From positions 5,530 through 55,220 of the forward strand of contig MU053283.1 of the NCBI GenBank assembly GCA_013239625.1: a stretch of DNA of 49,691 nt, in the 5' to 3' direction. The notes beneath the pieces are model-generated. The model saw only the letters and a program-made list of their open reading frames with translations. It was not told the DNA's origin and made no database searches. Numbering within the stretch: position 1 is the first letter of the stretch; each line of letters starts with the position of its first letter. A program made the translations under genes and the position numbers. Below are positions 12,121 through 26,074 of this stretch, one piece after another. Source of the stretch: Lama guanicoe (Eukaryota).

Positions 12121-15100
12121 CGCAGAAGAGACACTTGCATTGTAGGAACAGGTTTAATGTGTTAGAAACTAAGACGTGCACACCCCTTTGCCTGGTTGTG
12201 TTCTGTGTGTGGTAGTGTTTGTGGTGGACCCGGTGGTTTGTGCAGAATTTTGTAACAGTACCCGACGGATGGTTTTCGCTACTAATAAATATCTAGCTAC
12301 GTGCAGTGTCAGGATACATTCACTTTCATTCTTGTGGTTGAGCAGCTCTGTGGTCACAGTCTGTTTTCCTGGTTGGTAGAGATATGTGTTCAGTGATGCT
12401 CTGATAATACGTACAGGAGGTGCTTCCCCGAATCAGCTGTATTTCATGGGTTCTGAGGGGAAAATATTTCATCATGAAGCTTGTAAATTGAAAAGTTTTT
12501 CCATACTTTTCCTAACAACCCCTTTTGTATCAGTACACATGTGTGCAGTTAAAAAATACCTGTGTTTTTTATTTCCCTCAAATACATGGATATGTAATGT
12601 GCTTTATATGTTATCATTATGTATGTATTTATATGTTATAAAATGCAAAGTGTATATAGTATATCTTTATTATAATTATAAAATGACATCCATTACTCTA
12701 ATTTATCCCAGTCATATTTCTGCATGCTCTCTGTGGACGATAGTCCCTCGCTGGAATGCATTATTATTTCAGGAATGAACGTTTGGGGACAAAGGTCTAA
12801 TTGCTATGCAGTATTGTTTCCAAAGTCAATGCCAGCCACTTGAAGGGAGCCCAGCACCTGAGCCAGGCCCCACAGAGGTGCTGTGTCCTCACTGTCACTG
12901 CCCGTCTGTTCCGTAGAGTCCCAGGTGTGACTGTGGCACTGGCGGGACACTGTCGCGACCTCCCGCGGGAAACACTGCTCATCTGTCCGCACGGCCGCTG
13001 TCGGCCCTGGGGGTGGGACACCAGCGGTCTTACCAGTTGTGGCAGGACATTGGGATCAGAGGCACTTCATGAAAATGTAACTTGATGTAAATCATTGAAG
13101 GTTTGTGGCACACGCATCGTGGACAGAATGTGTATGTGGAGCGTCAGTCTGAAGCAGTGCGAATGAGCATCAGTGCTTCCCGGGTTTATGTTAATTATCT
13201 CGTGAAATGGAGTCATTAGAGTAGAAGATTCACTGTGTTTCATTGAAGAGGATCAAAATGCATATGTGTATTAATTTTGTAAAATACACCCCACTCGCCT
13301 CCCATCCCCCATACTAGCAATGCCTTTTAGGAAGGCATATCATGAGTGAAATTAAAGACGTAATAGTGTTACTCTGGTGTATTTGCATGTGAGTATGTGT
13401 GTGTGTGAACTTTTAAAGGTAAACATTAAGATTTTTAAGTACAAAATTGAATTCATCCCAGTGAAGAATTATGATCCAATGGCAGCATGGCTCAAAAAAA
13501 AAAATTCAATGTTGTACTATTGATATATTTTGAATATTTTAGTTGAACTAATACAAACAGAAATGCAATATAAACAGAAACACTGTTTCTAAAAACATAA
13601 TATATCACCAGATGTGGAATGTGTAACCTCACGTTTGCAGGGAAAGTGTTTGTGTTGAATTATCTGAGTGTGACAGCTTCTGTCATGTGAAATCTCTGAT
13701 CATCAGCATGCTTCTCTAGAGGGAGTATCATGTGTGCCAACTTACTTTATTTTTCTGGGAATGAAATACAAATATTAACATCACTTTCCCTATGAGGCTG
13801 ATTAATTTGAATTTAAATTTGAACACTGAAGACTTAGCTGAGAGTGAGTTGATGTTGGGTCACAGGACATAGGCTAGCGTAAGGACCGTCATGATGGAGG
13901 GAGCTTGGTGAATCGTGTGCTCTGTGATGCTTTCAGCAAATGAACGACGGGAGGTGAGTTTCAGTGAACTTGTTAAATCATGGATGTTGCAGAGATCCCT
14001 GTGACCTGGTATGGTTTTAAAACATTGAAATATAATAAAGTGGAGTTTTCACCCAAAACAGAACTATTCTATTACTCTTAGTAAGGCTAATGTGTTAAAA
14101 TAACAGCGATCCCTTCCAGCCGTTGCCGTGGGGTGGGTGTTTCCAGCTCAGCGTCACTCGGTGTTTCTAAATTTAATGACCACAAACCGCTTACCTTTCC
14201 AACCTCATTGTCGGGGGTGGGGGAGGCATGCGTGCAGGGGAGGGAGAGCTGTTCCTGCTACAACCGCAGGGCGACCCTGTGGGTGGGAGGGCTCGCCCTG
14301 TGCGTGGGAGGAGGTCGGTGTGTGTCTGTGCCGAGACAGGGCCAGCCATGCACGGGGTCTGGTCACAGAGCTCGTGTCTGGTGGGGATGCTCGTGTGGAC
14401 CAGCCGAGGGCCCAGCCACCTCCCACTGTCGGGGTCTCTCTCTCCTACGTCGTATCAGTCTGTGTCTACATCCACGTAGCGAGGTGAATGTTTCTAGCTC
14501 TGTTGTACAGGTGAGCACTTCAGAGAAAAATTTGTGTGAATAAACCCAGGATTTGAACCTCATCTCTGGCTCTGGCTCTGGCTCGTGGTTAGTGTAATAA
14601 ACTCAGATGTCTGTTGAGACGCTGCGTGGACTGAGCTGTTACCTTCATTCTCGAATTAGCCAGAGGATGGTAATGAACGCTCAGCAGAGGAGGATCTAGA
14701 GATTAGGAGTAAGATGGAAAGATCAGCTAAATGCGTTTGAATTCGCAGGTTTTCTTGTCTCTCTGTATCAGAAGCAAGTTTGTATACATTTACTAACAAC
14801 AGATATTTGTTGAGAAGGTCGTGGTAATCAGGGGTGTGCTGTACTGACTCTCATCTTCAGGGGGGCAGAGTGGCTTTGCTTCGTTCGAGGACTGATGGCG
14901 TGTTTGCTGGTCATCACGCAGAAGTGCCCCAGCGCTTGGGAACCCACCCCGCAGACAGCAGGGACTTCAGGTCGTGTGAGGTGGTCCTGTTCCAGGGAAA
15001 GGGGCAGAGACACGGAAGTCCAAGAAGGCAGATTCTGGTTTATGCTGCTGTCAGGAGGTGAGATGCTAGGCCACACAGCAGTCTAGGGATGTGGGATCTT

Positions 15101-18100
15101 AGGAACAGGGAGCCCGGAGGGGCGGCTGCAAGCTCTCACCGTGACGACATCGCCCGGCTGGCGTGCTCCGCTGGAGGAATAATCACCTTCACTGCTCTCG
15201 CCTGCATCTGAGGGTCGGGGAGTCCCTGCTGGGGGGTCTTGTCTGGAAACACACGGGCAGGCCTTCTGGGGTGGGGTCCACGTCTCCAGGCCCCACGGTA
15301 CCACGGAGAACGTGAGAGGGGTGGTCCTGGGTTGCCAGCGTCACCATGGTGCTGTGATCCCATCGGGACTAAGACATCAGAGAAAATCTAAAGGGAACGC
15401 TCAGTGCCCATGGGAAGAAGATTTTAGGGCCAAGGAAATACTGTATAACCCAGGTGCTCTCTGGGATCAAGAATTAGAACATGTATACATTCTGGGAAGG
15501 AATACAGATAGTAAGAAGGACTTCTTTCCTTCTAATCTGAAGACTAAAACAGTTGAAATAAGCGATCATTAAGTGTTTAATTTTTTTTCTGTTATGTGTC
15601 CCACCTTAAACTGTAGTGTCCGGAGAAGAAATAGCAGAAACGAGTGTAGTCAAAAGGGTACTGTGGAGTGCAGTGTCGTCTGGGCAGGACACAGCAGGTC
15701 CTGCGTTCACACTGAAGATTCCAGCAGGTTGTACCCTGCAAGGGGGAGGCTCATGACCACAGCCCCTGTCCCCGGAACACGCGGCAGACGTGGGCAAACC
15801 TCTCTTTCCTCCAGAATCCGCCATTTCCTCCCAGCTGACTTACGGCCACCTGGCCCCACAGCTGGTGACGTGGCCCCTGACAGTCTGTGACTGGCTTCCG
15901 TTCTCCAGACGTGGTGCCACCTGACGACAGCTTACAGGTGACCTGGCACACTGAGCAATGCGGTACAGACGCTTGTCTGCCCAGAGCACCTGGCTGGATT
16001 ATCATTCACTTTGTCACCTGACACAGGTGTACTCCTGAAACTTCCCTGAGTCAGTGTTGCGAGCACGATTTGTGCTAACACATCTTCACTTTAAATAGGC
16101 TGTGGTTTTAATTTTTGGTAAGGTCCTGAATTTTAAAGAGTATTTTGGGGCCACCGAATCTTTTGCATCGTGCAGAGAGTGTATATTGTACTGTAGTAAT
16201 CTTGTGGTTACATTTGTATGGTCTGACTTAATAGATGTGAAGGTTAATCGCAGCTTGACTAAGGTAGCAAAGTTGTTCAACTGTAGAGAGTAGACTCTCC
16301 TTAATCCTAGTAGTGTATACTCTAAGGCACACCAACTGTAATAAGAAACACTAATAATCCAATTTTAGTTCTTAAAATGTTGCTAAAATTTTTGTACCAG
16401 ATGTAATATATTCACATTTGATGTCTGTAGTAGCAATAGAGTTTAAGGTTTTAAAAACAATACTTCACTTGATAAATATTTTCTCAAGAAGTCATCACTG
16501 AATAACTTAGCTCATTTTCATGCAGAATAGAAGCCTCATCTCCCATCTGGGGGCAACTCCTCTTAATTATGTGTAAATTGTCAAAGAAATAAACAATCTC
16601 CAAGCAGATGACCTTGTTAAGACAAAATTATTTGCTTAAGGCAAACTGCAAAAAAAAAAGAAGCTATAAAGTGCATAGCATCACTTATTGCTGGTCATCA
16701 AAGTCCTCTGTTTATTCTTGAGGTCTCAACAAAGGCTGAAGCCTTGTGGACACGAGGACTTTTCCTGATGTGTGGGTTCAAATTAAAACGTGACAAGTAC
16801 TGACTCTTCCTATGTCGTTTGTGTACATAATATTTAAATAGTAGTAAAGTGGTAATTAAGAAAAATAGAGCTATATGTTAACAATATTGCATAATTTAGC
16901 CATTTTTTGGTCAACATATTTTTAAAAACAGTGCTTTTCTACAACTCTCAATTACCTTTGAATCCAGGACAGGGACTGTAAATTCATCAACACTTTATTG
17001 TACTTTCCTACAAACAGCAGGTCTATTCTAATGCAGAATTAAATTGTATCTTTTACTCTGTGAGGAAGAAACTGATTACACTATTTAAATAGTATTTCCT
17101 GTAGCAGATTTTCTTAAATATGTATTTGTAGTGTTTTGTGAACTTAAAGGTTCTTCTGCCTGTTTCAGACTTTCATGTGTTAAACTTGCAAAGCCAGTCA
17201 GTTTTTATTACTTCAGATGATTGCTGAAGGTACCCACTTTGGCACATGTGGCTTGGTTTTTACCCTGCAGTGATTCTCTTAATGGCTGGAAGGACTGATT
17301 TAATAGCAGACATACCGTCTATTAATACTATGCAAGAGTGAAAGCAGGTTCCTGAATGGAATCCATCTGATTAAATATGCACTTTTTGATTACTGTCTAA
17401 TCTTCTGTGACCTCTAATGTCTGTCTTTTGCCATTAAAGATTAATCTGCCAGTCTATCAGATAAAATAATAATCTGAATAGATCAGCCTTCTTCACCTCA
17501 TCTGTCAAATCAGATAAAGACTTATTTTTACTGCTTGCAGATTTATATGTGACCGTAAAATTACCATCCAGCAGGAAAGAAAACTGTTAGAATACTTGCA
17601 AAATATATGGATTATCAAATCAAATATATTTTCTGGGTGTCTCAAATTTGTCAGACCCACAAAAGGAGAATCTCAAAGAAAAAAATTTTTTTAAAATAAA
17701 GTAATGCTATAGGTTCCTTTGATTTGTGTATCCTTCCAGCCAATAGCTTTTGAAGTCCTGTGTATCATCAGTGCAGTTGTGCTGTGCAGAAGATCAGGGA
17801 CTCACAGCAGACGTGAGAGGTGTGGAGTGCCGTGTGCGTAGTGCATGGAGCATCAGTGTCGCAGGGAATATGGTTCTGTGACAGAAAAGGTAGTTTTGAT
17901 GATACTGTGTTTATCACTCTTAAAGATGCCTCCTGGTTGAAAGCATATTAACATTCCTGATAAATTATGCAGAAATGAATCTGTTCATAACATTTCAGCT
18001 CTGTTTTATTAAACTCTTTGAGCCTTCATGAAACAAAATGTAATACTTCACGAAACTGGGATCCGTGAGACCTGTGAGCCGTGGTGGAATTTACCATTTA

Positions 18101-18369
18101 ATTAGTGTGTTTTCCCTCACGCTGGCAGGGACTAGAAAACCACTTATAAGCACCTGGAAATGTTCACTTTCCATCACTTTCTTCAATAAACAATTATGAG
18201 GGATCATTTTGAGGATATTTAATGTTTGAAATGCAGAAATGTATTAAGATTTAAAGTTTTTCTGACACCACACGTTTGAATACAACGTTTTCACCGGCAC
18301 TACATGGGTTTTGGGCGATTTGTCCATCCTGTGACGCTGGTCATTCCTGCGAGCCCAGCGCACACCTGC

Positions 18370-18720
18370 TGTCGGGTCCAAGTGCGCATGGAGGCCCTGA
18401 CCCGGGTCCCAGATGTGGCTGCATTTGGAGACGGGCCCTCTGGAGAGGATGGCCCATTTGGAGATGAGGTCCTGTGGGTGGCCCTTGTCCGGGGTGCCAG
18501 TGTCCCAGCAGACGGGCAGGTTAGGGCACAGTCAGTGCAGACCAAGGGACGAACATGTCACAGCAAGAAGGCGGCCAGGCCATCCGCAAGTCCAGGAAGG
18601 AGGCTGCGGGGACAGGCCAAGCCCGCTGGCCCGTGGTCTGGGACTCAGCCTCGCTGAGCATCCCTGTTGGGCGTGGGGTCCAGCGGGTCCTCAGACCCAG
18701 CAGGTCACAGTGCACTGCTG
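18370..18720 (+). mobile_element. MaLR LTR (MLT1A/B-like), heavily GC-shifted
   Basis: gaggccctgacc..atgtggctgcatttggagacgggccc..atgaggtc..gggtggccct..cacagcaagaaggcggcc..gcaagtccaggaaggaggc..gactcagcctc follows MLT1 motif order. Confidence 0.7.
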
Positions 18721-19194
18721 CACTCAGCCTGCCCATCCCAGATGGAGAGAGTGATTTAAATAAGGGCCCTTCGTCCCGAGAAGCTGCTGTGAAGTTTCCC
18801 CCTGTCTCTCTTAGAGAACTTGGTGGTCTGTGGTTTCCTCCCAAGTGCGGGGCCGCTGGGAACTGTGAGGTTTCCTCTCGTTAACTCTGCAGGGAGCCCG
18901 CGTTTGACGCCAGCCTGCATGTGTATTTGGACGAGCCAGATAATCCGTCTCCTTGCTCTTTGCAGAAGCACAGATTAGTAGTGATTCTAGGCATGGAATT
19001 GCAACAGGCTTTTCGGTTATATTATTATTAGATGTTACAGATGAGTTCAAGTTGAGTGTGACATGTCATCAGTAGAAATGACCAGCAGGTGTTTGAAGTC
19101 TCAAGTACGTTGATTCAGGTACTTTAGCTTAAAAAGGGTTGACACCGCCTGATGATCATTCTCCTCTCAGCCTGGGGACAGAAACAGCTTTATG

Positions 19195-19306
19195 TCAGTT
19201 TTGTGGGACAAGGACACCCAGCAGCTGGTCATCTTGAGGCCGTTTGGCTCAGTTTTGTGGGACAAGGACACTCAGCAGCTGGTCATCTCCGAGGCTGTTT
19301 GGTCAG
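19195..19306. repeat. Two-copy 54-bp tandem repeat
   Basis: tcagttttgtgggacaaggacac(c/t)cagcagctggtcatct..gaggc(c/t)gtttgg at 19195 and 19249, followed by tcag. Confidence 0.9.
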
Positions 19307-19711
19307 GATGCTGCCATGTCGCCTGGTCCTGTTCAGTTGTTCCTACTTTGCAGAGTCAGTGGGTGACGGGTCCCCTGTCCCTGCTGCCCAGCTGCCACCG
19401 GAGGCTGATCCATGGACACGTCCCCCCTTGTGTCTGAACAAAATGCCTCAATAAAACACCCCCAGCCTCAGGCTGGTCCTCAAAACGCAAGGTAGCTGTG
19501 AATCAGGGAGTTTCAGATGCTCTTGTGAACATCAGTGTTCTTTAGCGGCTGCAGAAATTGTAGCTTATGTTTTAATAAAACTACACGATTGATGGCAATG
19601 CTGAAGGTTCATGGTTTCACTTCCATAGTTTATCATGTAAAATTTTTAGTGTGACTGTAATTCACAGGACACTCTGACTGACCTCACCTTGATGAGGAGC
19701 ATTCTCTAAGA

Positions 19712-19751
19712 TGTCTGTGTGTATCTGTCTGTCTGTCTGTCTGTGTCTGTC
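19712..19751. repeat. (TGTC)n/(TG)n low-complexity tract
   Basis: Direct reading. Confidence 0.7.
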
Positions 19752-20879
19752 AGAGGATCTGGAAACAGTTTGCCTGACTTTGACTTTGAGCAGCAGAGAC
19801 AGGGCTCCTGTGGTCTGTGTAATAGTGTCCCTTCCCGAATCCTGTCTCTCAACTACAAAGCCTGTAGGAGTTGCTTACTGAGCTTTTTAAGAAAGAAATA
19901 CTTTAAAGTTGCTCAGCCCTGCTCTGGAATGAGACGTGCCTGTACTTTATAATTAGGAAGTTGTGTGATGCGTGTGTGAGCATTTGCATCTACGTGCGTG
20001 TCCTGCTTTAAATTTTGTGTTCCTCTTAATGATGAACTTCTTAACTGTATGGATGTCTCAGAGCGGCATGGGGTGGAAGTCCCAGGTTAGTGCCCCCCGG
20101 CCACTGCTGAGGGCCAGTTGGGTTGCCAACACCCTCGCTGTTACAGGAGTGCCGAACAAATGCTGTTGTACAGTTTACGTAAGTTGTACGTGTGGAGTGT
20201 GCCTGTAAGAAAATTTTTAAGAAAGACAAATGCTAGGTGAAGGATTAGACTGCATTGCAGTTAATTTTTGAAGGAAATTTAAGTTTTTAAATTTATTTAT
20301 TACCATCAACAGAGGTATCAGCACACGATTCAGAAGGAAAGGAGAGATCCTCACACCACTTTCCCCCGTCGCTGTCCCCTAACTGGAGATGCCATCTCGC
20401 TGCCCCATCTCTTCCTCCCGGAGACGCGGGTCTCTGGTCTCGGCATCTGTGTGCGTAGGACGCCCTTCCTTCGGGTGGGCTCCGGGCTCCCGCGCAGCAC
20501 TTTGCGGGCTAAGCAGGTGTTTGTTGGTGCAGAGCGACCGGGCTGACAGTCCTGTTCACACTGAGGGAGCTGCACACCTGTCACAGCCTCAGCCGGACCT
20601 GATCTCTGACTCCTCGAAGCTCGTTGGTTCCCCTGGGTAAAGAGTGTGAGGAGTTCCGTGACTGACCCCTGACCAGCGGCTTTCAGACCTGCTCCCCCAC
20701 CACGCATTGGCCCCCAGCACGTGTGCGGGCCCTGTCCTCCTGGACATCCTCGCTTCTCCGTGAGGTCTTCCATCGCCTGTGTCTCGGCCTCCCCATCTCC
20801 AGTCTCCGCCGTGTCACATCTTCCAGCAGCTCCCGGGGAAGTCATGTGGGTGCTTAATCTGGGGATCTTGTCTCTTTAA

Positions 20880-21160
20880 AATATCTTGAACTTTTGGTTC
20901 CACCTGATTTTTCTGGATATAGGATCCCAAGTTTAAAATATGAGTAACTTTCCAGTTGTTTTTCTGCCTGTCAGTGTCAATATTGAAACGTCTGAAGACA
21001 TCGACTCCTTATTCTGTGTGAGTTTCTGATGCAGCTTGTAGAATCTTCCTCTTTGCCTCCAGGGTCCTGAAATGCCACAGCGATTTGCTTTTGTGCGTCC
21101 TCCTTTAGGCTCTGGGAGGGTCCTAGGAATCTGGAGTTTATTTCCTTTAATAGTAGGAAG
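20880..21160 (-). mobile_element. Very old L1 (L1ME-like) fragment
   Basis: ctggatataggatcc..agtt, cagcttgtagaatcttcctctttg..cctgaaat and aatctggagttta resemble antisense old-L1 ORF1-region sequence. Confidence 0.45.
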
Positions 21161-22225
21161 TGGTCTTAAGCTCTTAATTCTATTGCATTATCCTATACTG
21201 CACTTCATGTTGTGCGCGTCACATTATATATCCTGTAATATCATGTATATAGGTATGTTAAGCGCCACATAACACTTACCATCGTGTAAATCGCTGTTTT
21301 TCAGAAAAGGCACAGGAAGAGCTCTGCTAACAAGCTCTTAGTCCAGGACGCTGCATGTTAGCTACTTGCAGAGGAGTTAGGTCTGTGGTAACAATGGAAT
21401 TAAGTATTTCTTATATTTTCAAAATATCTTGGTGACAAACTCCTGAATTTGATATACTGTATTCTAGCATTGGGCTCACACACAGATACACATACATATG
21501 TATTTATAAAATGTATTCTGCTATTTTTATTGCATAAACTGTTTTAAAGAACATAAATATTGGTAAATAACAATATTTTTTAAAAGAGGAATCAAGTTCC
21601 AAATGTCAAAATTTGCTAACACCTTATTTTTACAGCAGAAATATGCCATTTTCTTAAATATTTTACACTCTTTCCTAATGTCAAAAAGATAGCTCTTCCT
21701 TTTCTGTGTTCAAAAAAAATATGTAGGATTAAACCAGATAAAAATGGCCTCTGTTTATAATTGATAATTCCTCTGTATATTGAATGTACTAATGCAGGTT
21801 TTTAATTGAAAGCTGTTGTAATAGGTGGAGCCGGTAATAAATATGTAAGTAATCATTTGCAGTTTTCAATCCTTTATTTCCCCGAATAATCCACCATCCT
21901 CCCATGACGGGTGTTCAGCACGTAAATATTACAACTCAATTTATGTGATGTTAACAGCAAGAGCCTTAATGGTGTGTTTTATTGCAGCAAAGGGTGGAGG
22001 CAGAATTCTTCTCATAATATTCCTTTATTAAAGGAATTGTTCTTGTTACATTGCATCTTATGTCGAAACATATTTCGTTTTTGAAAGCAAAACAGTTAGC
22101 AGTTGTGTTACATCTTTTCTTTTGGTGGTTGTTGCCCTTTGGTTGTTGGCGTCTTTGAGAATGAGCACTGACATTACGTATTATGCCAAGTCATTCTTCA
22201 GGATCTGTGTTGTCTCTGTTTTCAG

Positions 22226-22345
22226 CGTGCAGTGCCCTGGAGCTCAGGGAGGTGGCCAGCAGACTGCGGGACTGGTTCAAGGCCCTTCACGAGAGTGGAG
22301 GTCAGAACGCGGACAGCAGGGCGTCCCTGCGGCTGGAGCGAAGCA
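22226..22345 (+). CDS. SPOCK3: SPOCK3 (testican-3) internal coding exon, start of the extracellular calcium-binding (EC) domain; 120 nt, phase 1-1
   Basis: Acceptor ttttcag and donor gtaagg. Translates (A)CSALELREVASRLRDWFKALHESGGQNADSRASLRLERS(R), matching recalled testican-3 ACSDLEFREVANRLRDWFKALHESGSQN...ERSR. Splices in frame to 29459. Confidence 0.95.
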
Positions 22346-24497
22346 GTAAGGTTCCCAAGTCTGGCGTGTCGTTGTGTCTCGCGTGGGGCTCTGTCTCCAA
22401 TGAGTCACTTAGATCAAACACATACTTCAAACTTTATTCTTTACTTAGATGGTCAACAGAAATCAGAACATTGTTATTAGTTCCAAGCACACCCGTATCG
22501 TGTTTTGCAAAGAGATACAGCATTTGTGACAACTCTGGTTAGAAAAAGGAATATTCCATTAGAGACAGCATTTAACTCCTAGTTGAACTGGAAGAGTAGG
22601 AACATATTTCAGTGTATTGAGAGAAGTGGGGAAGAGGAGAACCACACGGAAACAAAGGTAGAAGCTCTGACGCCCTTAGAGTTTTGGAGGACGCGGCACC
22701 CACTCCCTCGATCAGCTGTTTCTAATTTGACTCAGCTGTCAGTAGGCAGTAGGATATTTTCAGTCTCGCACTGCAAACCGAATTCATAAAAGAAGAAAAT
22801 AAGAGCCAGGTGAGTCTTACATGATTCTTTCATCTGTGTAAACCAACAAAGTCATTTTTTTTTTAAATTTCTTAGAATTGGGAAATGTAAACTAAAATAG
22901 AACGCTTGCTATGAATAATTGTATACATTTTTCATTTTATATTTTTTCATTTATAAAAAATACGTATTACATGTTTAATGCATGTGAGAGACATGTATTG
23001 AAACATGAGCTTGGTTTGGGGGAGCTTTCAAAGACCGAAGCATTTGCACTAAGAGCAGGAAGAGGAGGCAGGGAGTGGGGGCAGCATCCTGGCTGCAGAG
23101 GCGGTCCCGAGGACCCCCCATCACCACGACCCCACCTGCAGGTCCTCGGACGTCTGTTTCTAACAGAGTCACCTAGCTAGGGGGCTTAGCGTCCACAGTC
23201 TATTTCCTAAACGCCCTGTTTGTCTTCTCATCAGGGAGTTTTCTGTAAGCCCTTATTTGTATTTCTGGGTCTTGACATCCTTAAAGAATACAGTAATTCT
23301 TGTTAAGTCAGTTTTTTCAGAGAGACATGATAACTGTGAACGTGTGATGGCTACGTCCACGTCCTTCTTCTTAGGAAGCCCCCAGAGAAACTGTGGTATC
23401 CCCCTGCCGTCAGTGTCCTCTCTGGCTTGTCTCCAGAATTATTGTTTAAATTTTTGACAGAAGTTAATTTTTTGATACCTTGAGAGTAAGTAGGATGCCT
23501 GATCTTAGTTAAAGAAATAATAAAGTATATTTGCCCCTGTATTCATACCTGGGGTGGGGAAAGATTTGCTCCAGATCCTTCAGTATTGACTTTTTGATTC
23601 GTGTCCACGTCTGTCCCCCCAGTACTTGTACTTGAATATTTTTATTGCTTGCTTTCAGATCTCTGATGAACTTAGTTAAGACGGACAATCCCTCCTGTAT
23701 TTGGAGGTGGATGAAAAGAGAGCTTGTGGGACACTCAGAACAGTGCCTGGTTAATTGTACACAATCACAAATGTTATTTCCCTTTCTAGCTTTTTCTTGC
23801 CAAAAATGAGACACTTAATATAGTGGGTTAATTGCAGGAAGCACTTTGAGAGTTGAATATCTTTGGAGGATGAATGAAAAGTGGGGCATAGGATTATTCA
23901 TAGTGCATGAAGGGGTCAGGGGTTGATTTGACGAGTGTCTGGACTGCAGTTCTCACAGGTCTTTCTCTCTGGGACCGGGAAGGATGGGGGGTCCACTGGG
24001 ACAGAAGGCGATGCCTGTTTGTGGCTGGTGTTCACGTTGAGATGTGCAGCTTCAGAGTCAAAGCCAGCGGGAATCTTGTCGATGTCAGGATTCAAAACGG
24101 GACACGCAGCAGATCCGGGGAGAGTGACCACATCTGTGTCCCTCTCCTGGGCTCTGTGATGGGGAGGAGCCTGGCGGCACCAGGCAGGGGAACCAGAGTT
24201 GGGTATCTGCGTCCCTCCAGGGAGCTGCCGTGGCCAGCTGGCTGTGTAGTCCCCAGGCCCAGGGTTGTCATGTGTCCTGGAGGGGCTGACACAAGACCCT
24301 ACTGCATGTGCGGCATGCTGGGAAACATGGAGAGTGAGAAACACCGTCCCTGCTCTTGGCCGAGTTTCGCTGAGTCCCTCTCCCAGCGTGGGGTCAGGGA
24401 GGCCCAGCTGTCACTTGCGTCTAGTAGTGGAGTCCATTGAAGAGGGTCCCAGACAGCTGTTACCTTACATAGAAGTCAGCCCTCCCGTGTGGACAGC

Positions 24498-25500
24498 CTA
24501 AGGCTATGTAAACTCATGGAAGAAAACACAGGCACAAACACACGTGACCTTCGGTCAGCAGGGATTTCTCGGATACGACGCATAAAAGGAAAAAGTGATG
24601 CCAAACTTCATCAAAACTACAAATGTTTCATTTTCAGAAGCTACTGCTTTTCCAATGAAAAGACAAGCCACAGAGTGGGAGGAAGTACTGGCAAGTGCAC
24701 GTCTGGTAAAGGACTTGCATCAAGAGAATATAAATAACACTCAGATCTCAAAGTGGTGAGGCAACTCCCCCTCCACTGAAAGTGGGCAAGACGCCGTGCG
24801 CGTCACCAGAGAAGGTGACACGTTAGGAACACCTAGAGAGGAGCTGGATGCTGGTCATCACGGGGGAGACGCCGACCCCTGTCCACAAGGAGGTGCCTCC
24901 TGTATCCTTATTAGAAAGGCCACGGTGAACGGCAGGACCAGGTCTGGTGAAGATGGAGTAACTGACTGTCCCGTCCACTGGGGTGGGAACGCAAGACGGT
25001 GCAGCCACTTCGAAGGACAGCCGGGCAGTGTTTTATAAAAGGAAATAGGAACTTGTCGCAGGACACAGAAGTCTCATTTCATGATATTTCTCCTTGAGAA
25101 ATTACAACGTGTTCACATTAAAACATATGTGTGGATGGGGTGGGAAGGGATAGACTGGGAGTTCAAAATTTAGATACTGACAGACACGTAGAATAGATAA
25201 GCAAGATTATACCGTACAGCACAGGGAAATATTTACAAGATCTTGTGGTAGCTCACAGTGAAAAAAATGTGACAATGAATATATGTATGTTCATGTATAA
25301 CTGAAAAATTGTGCTGTACAAAGGAACTTGACACAACATTGTAAAATGTCTATGACTCAATTAAAAAATGTTTAAAAAAAATACGTGTGGATGTTCATTG
25401 AAAGTTTACTTATAAGTGCAACACTGGCCACAAGCCGAATGTCCATCCCTGGCGAGCGAATGAAGAAATGGTTGTTCGTCCATGTGATGAAATAAGATGC
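24498..25500 (+). mobile_element. Ancient L1 ORF2 3' region, GC-shifted and interrupted by a younger L1 insertion
   Basis: aaactcatggaagaaaacacagg, aatgaaaagacaagccacagagtgggag, tctggtaaaggacttgcatcaagagaatataaa, ggtgcagccactt, aatgtccatc. Confidence 0.75.
25138..25380 (+). mobile_element. Young 5'-truncated L1 3' end (camelid-type) with target-site duplication
   Basis: gatcttgtggtagctcacagtgaaaaaaatgtgacaatgaatatatgtatgttcatgtataactgaaaaattgtgct..., A-tail. Flanked by atatgtgtggatg (25125-25137) and atacgtgtggatg (25381-25393), with a TT/AAAA site at the left copy. Confidence 0.85.
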
Positions 25501-26074
25501 ACTTTGGCAGAGGGACTAAGTCAGTCCTCAGATGAAGGTCTGCTCTGCACCTGACGTAACAGAGCCTGAAAGCTGCCCTCAAAGAGTCGTGCCGACTTGC
25601 AGGTTTTTAGCTTCATGCCAGAACAAAGAAAAACACGGGGAGGAATTCCACAAAACCCCCAAATCAGCGATTTAAAATCCACAATGTGCAGCATCTAGCC
25701 GATGTTTACCAAGCACGCTGTGAAGCATAAAGCAGTGGCCCGCAGTTTGGGGAGGTTTCTGGGTACCAGGAACCATACCCAGAGACAGCAGTGAGGACGG
25801 GCTTAGCACACAAGGACCTTAAACAGCTGCTGTAAGCGGTGTTACTGCGCACGGTGGGATAACGGTGAACAGACACCAGGTACGAGAGGAACAGAACAGC
25901 CCGTAGTACGTGTAGGGAAGCGGACAACGAATGAAGTGAAAAATGGATTCTATGGAAAAGAAAGTCCGCGTGCCTGAAGAGATGTGACAGAAACCACCCA
26001 AAACAGAGCACATGGAAAAAAAGACGGTGGGATAAATAGTAGAAGGGACAAAATCAAATCAAAGGAAGGTGGAA

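Noticed and set aside
19195..19306. CRISPR-like array
   Set aside because: Only two abutting units with no spacers, in mammalian DNA.
1..22225. Upstream SPOCK3 exons (signal peptide, follistatin/Kazal domain, CKLEYQAC...)
   Set aside because: I found no matching translation with splice sites. They presumably lie 5' of the window.
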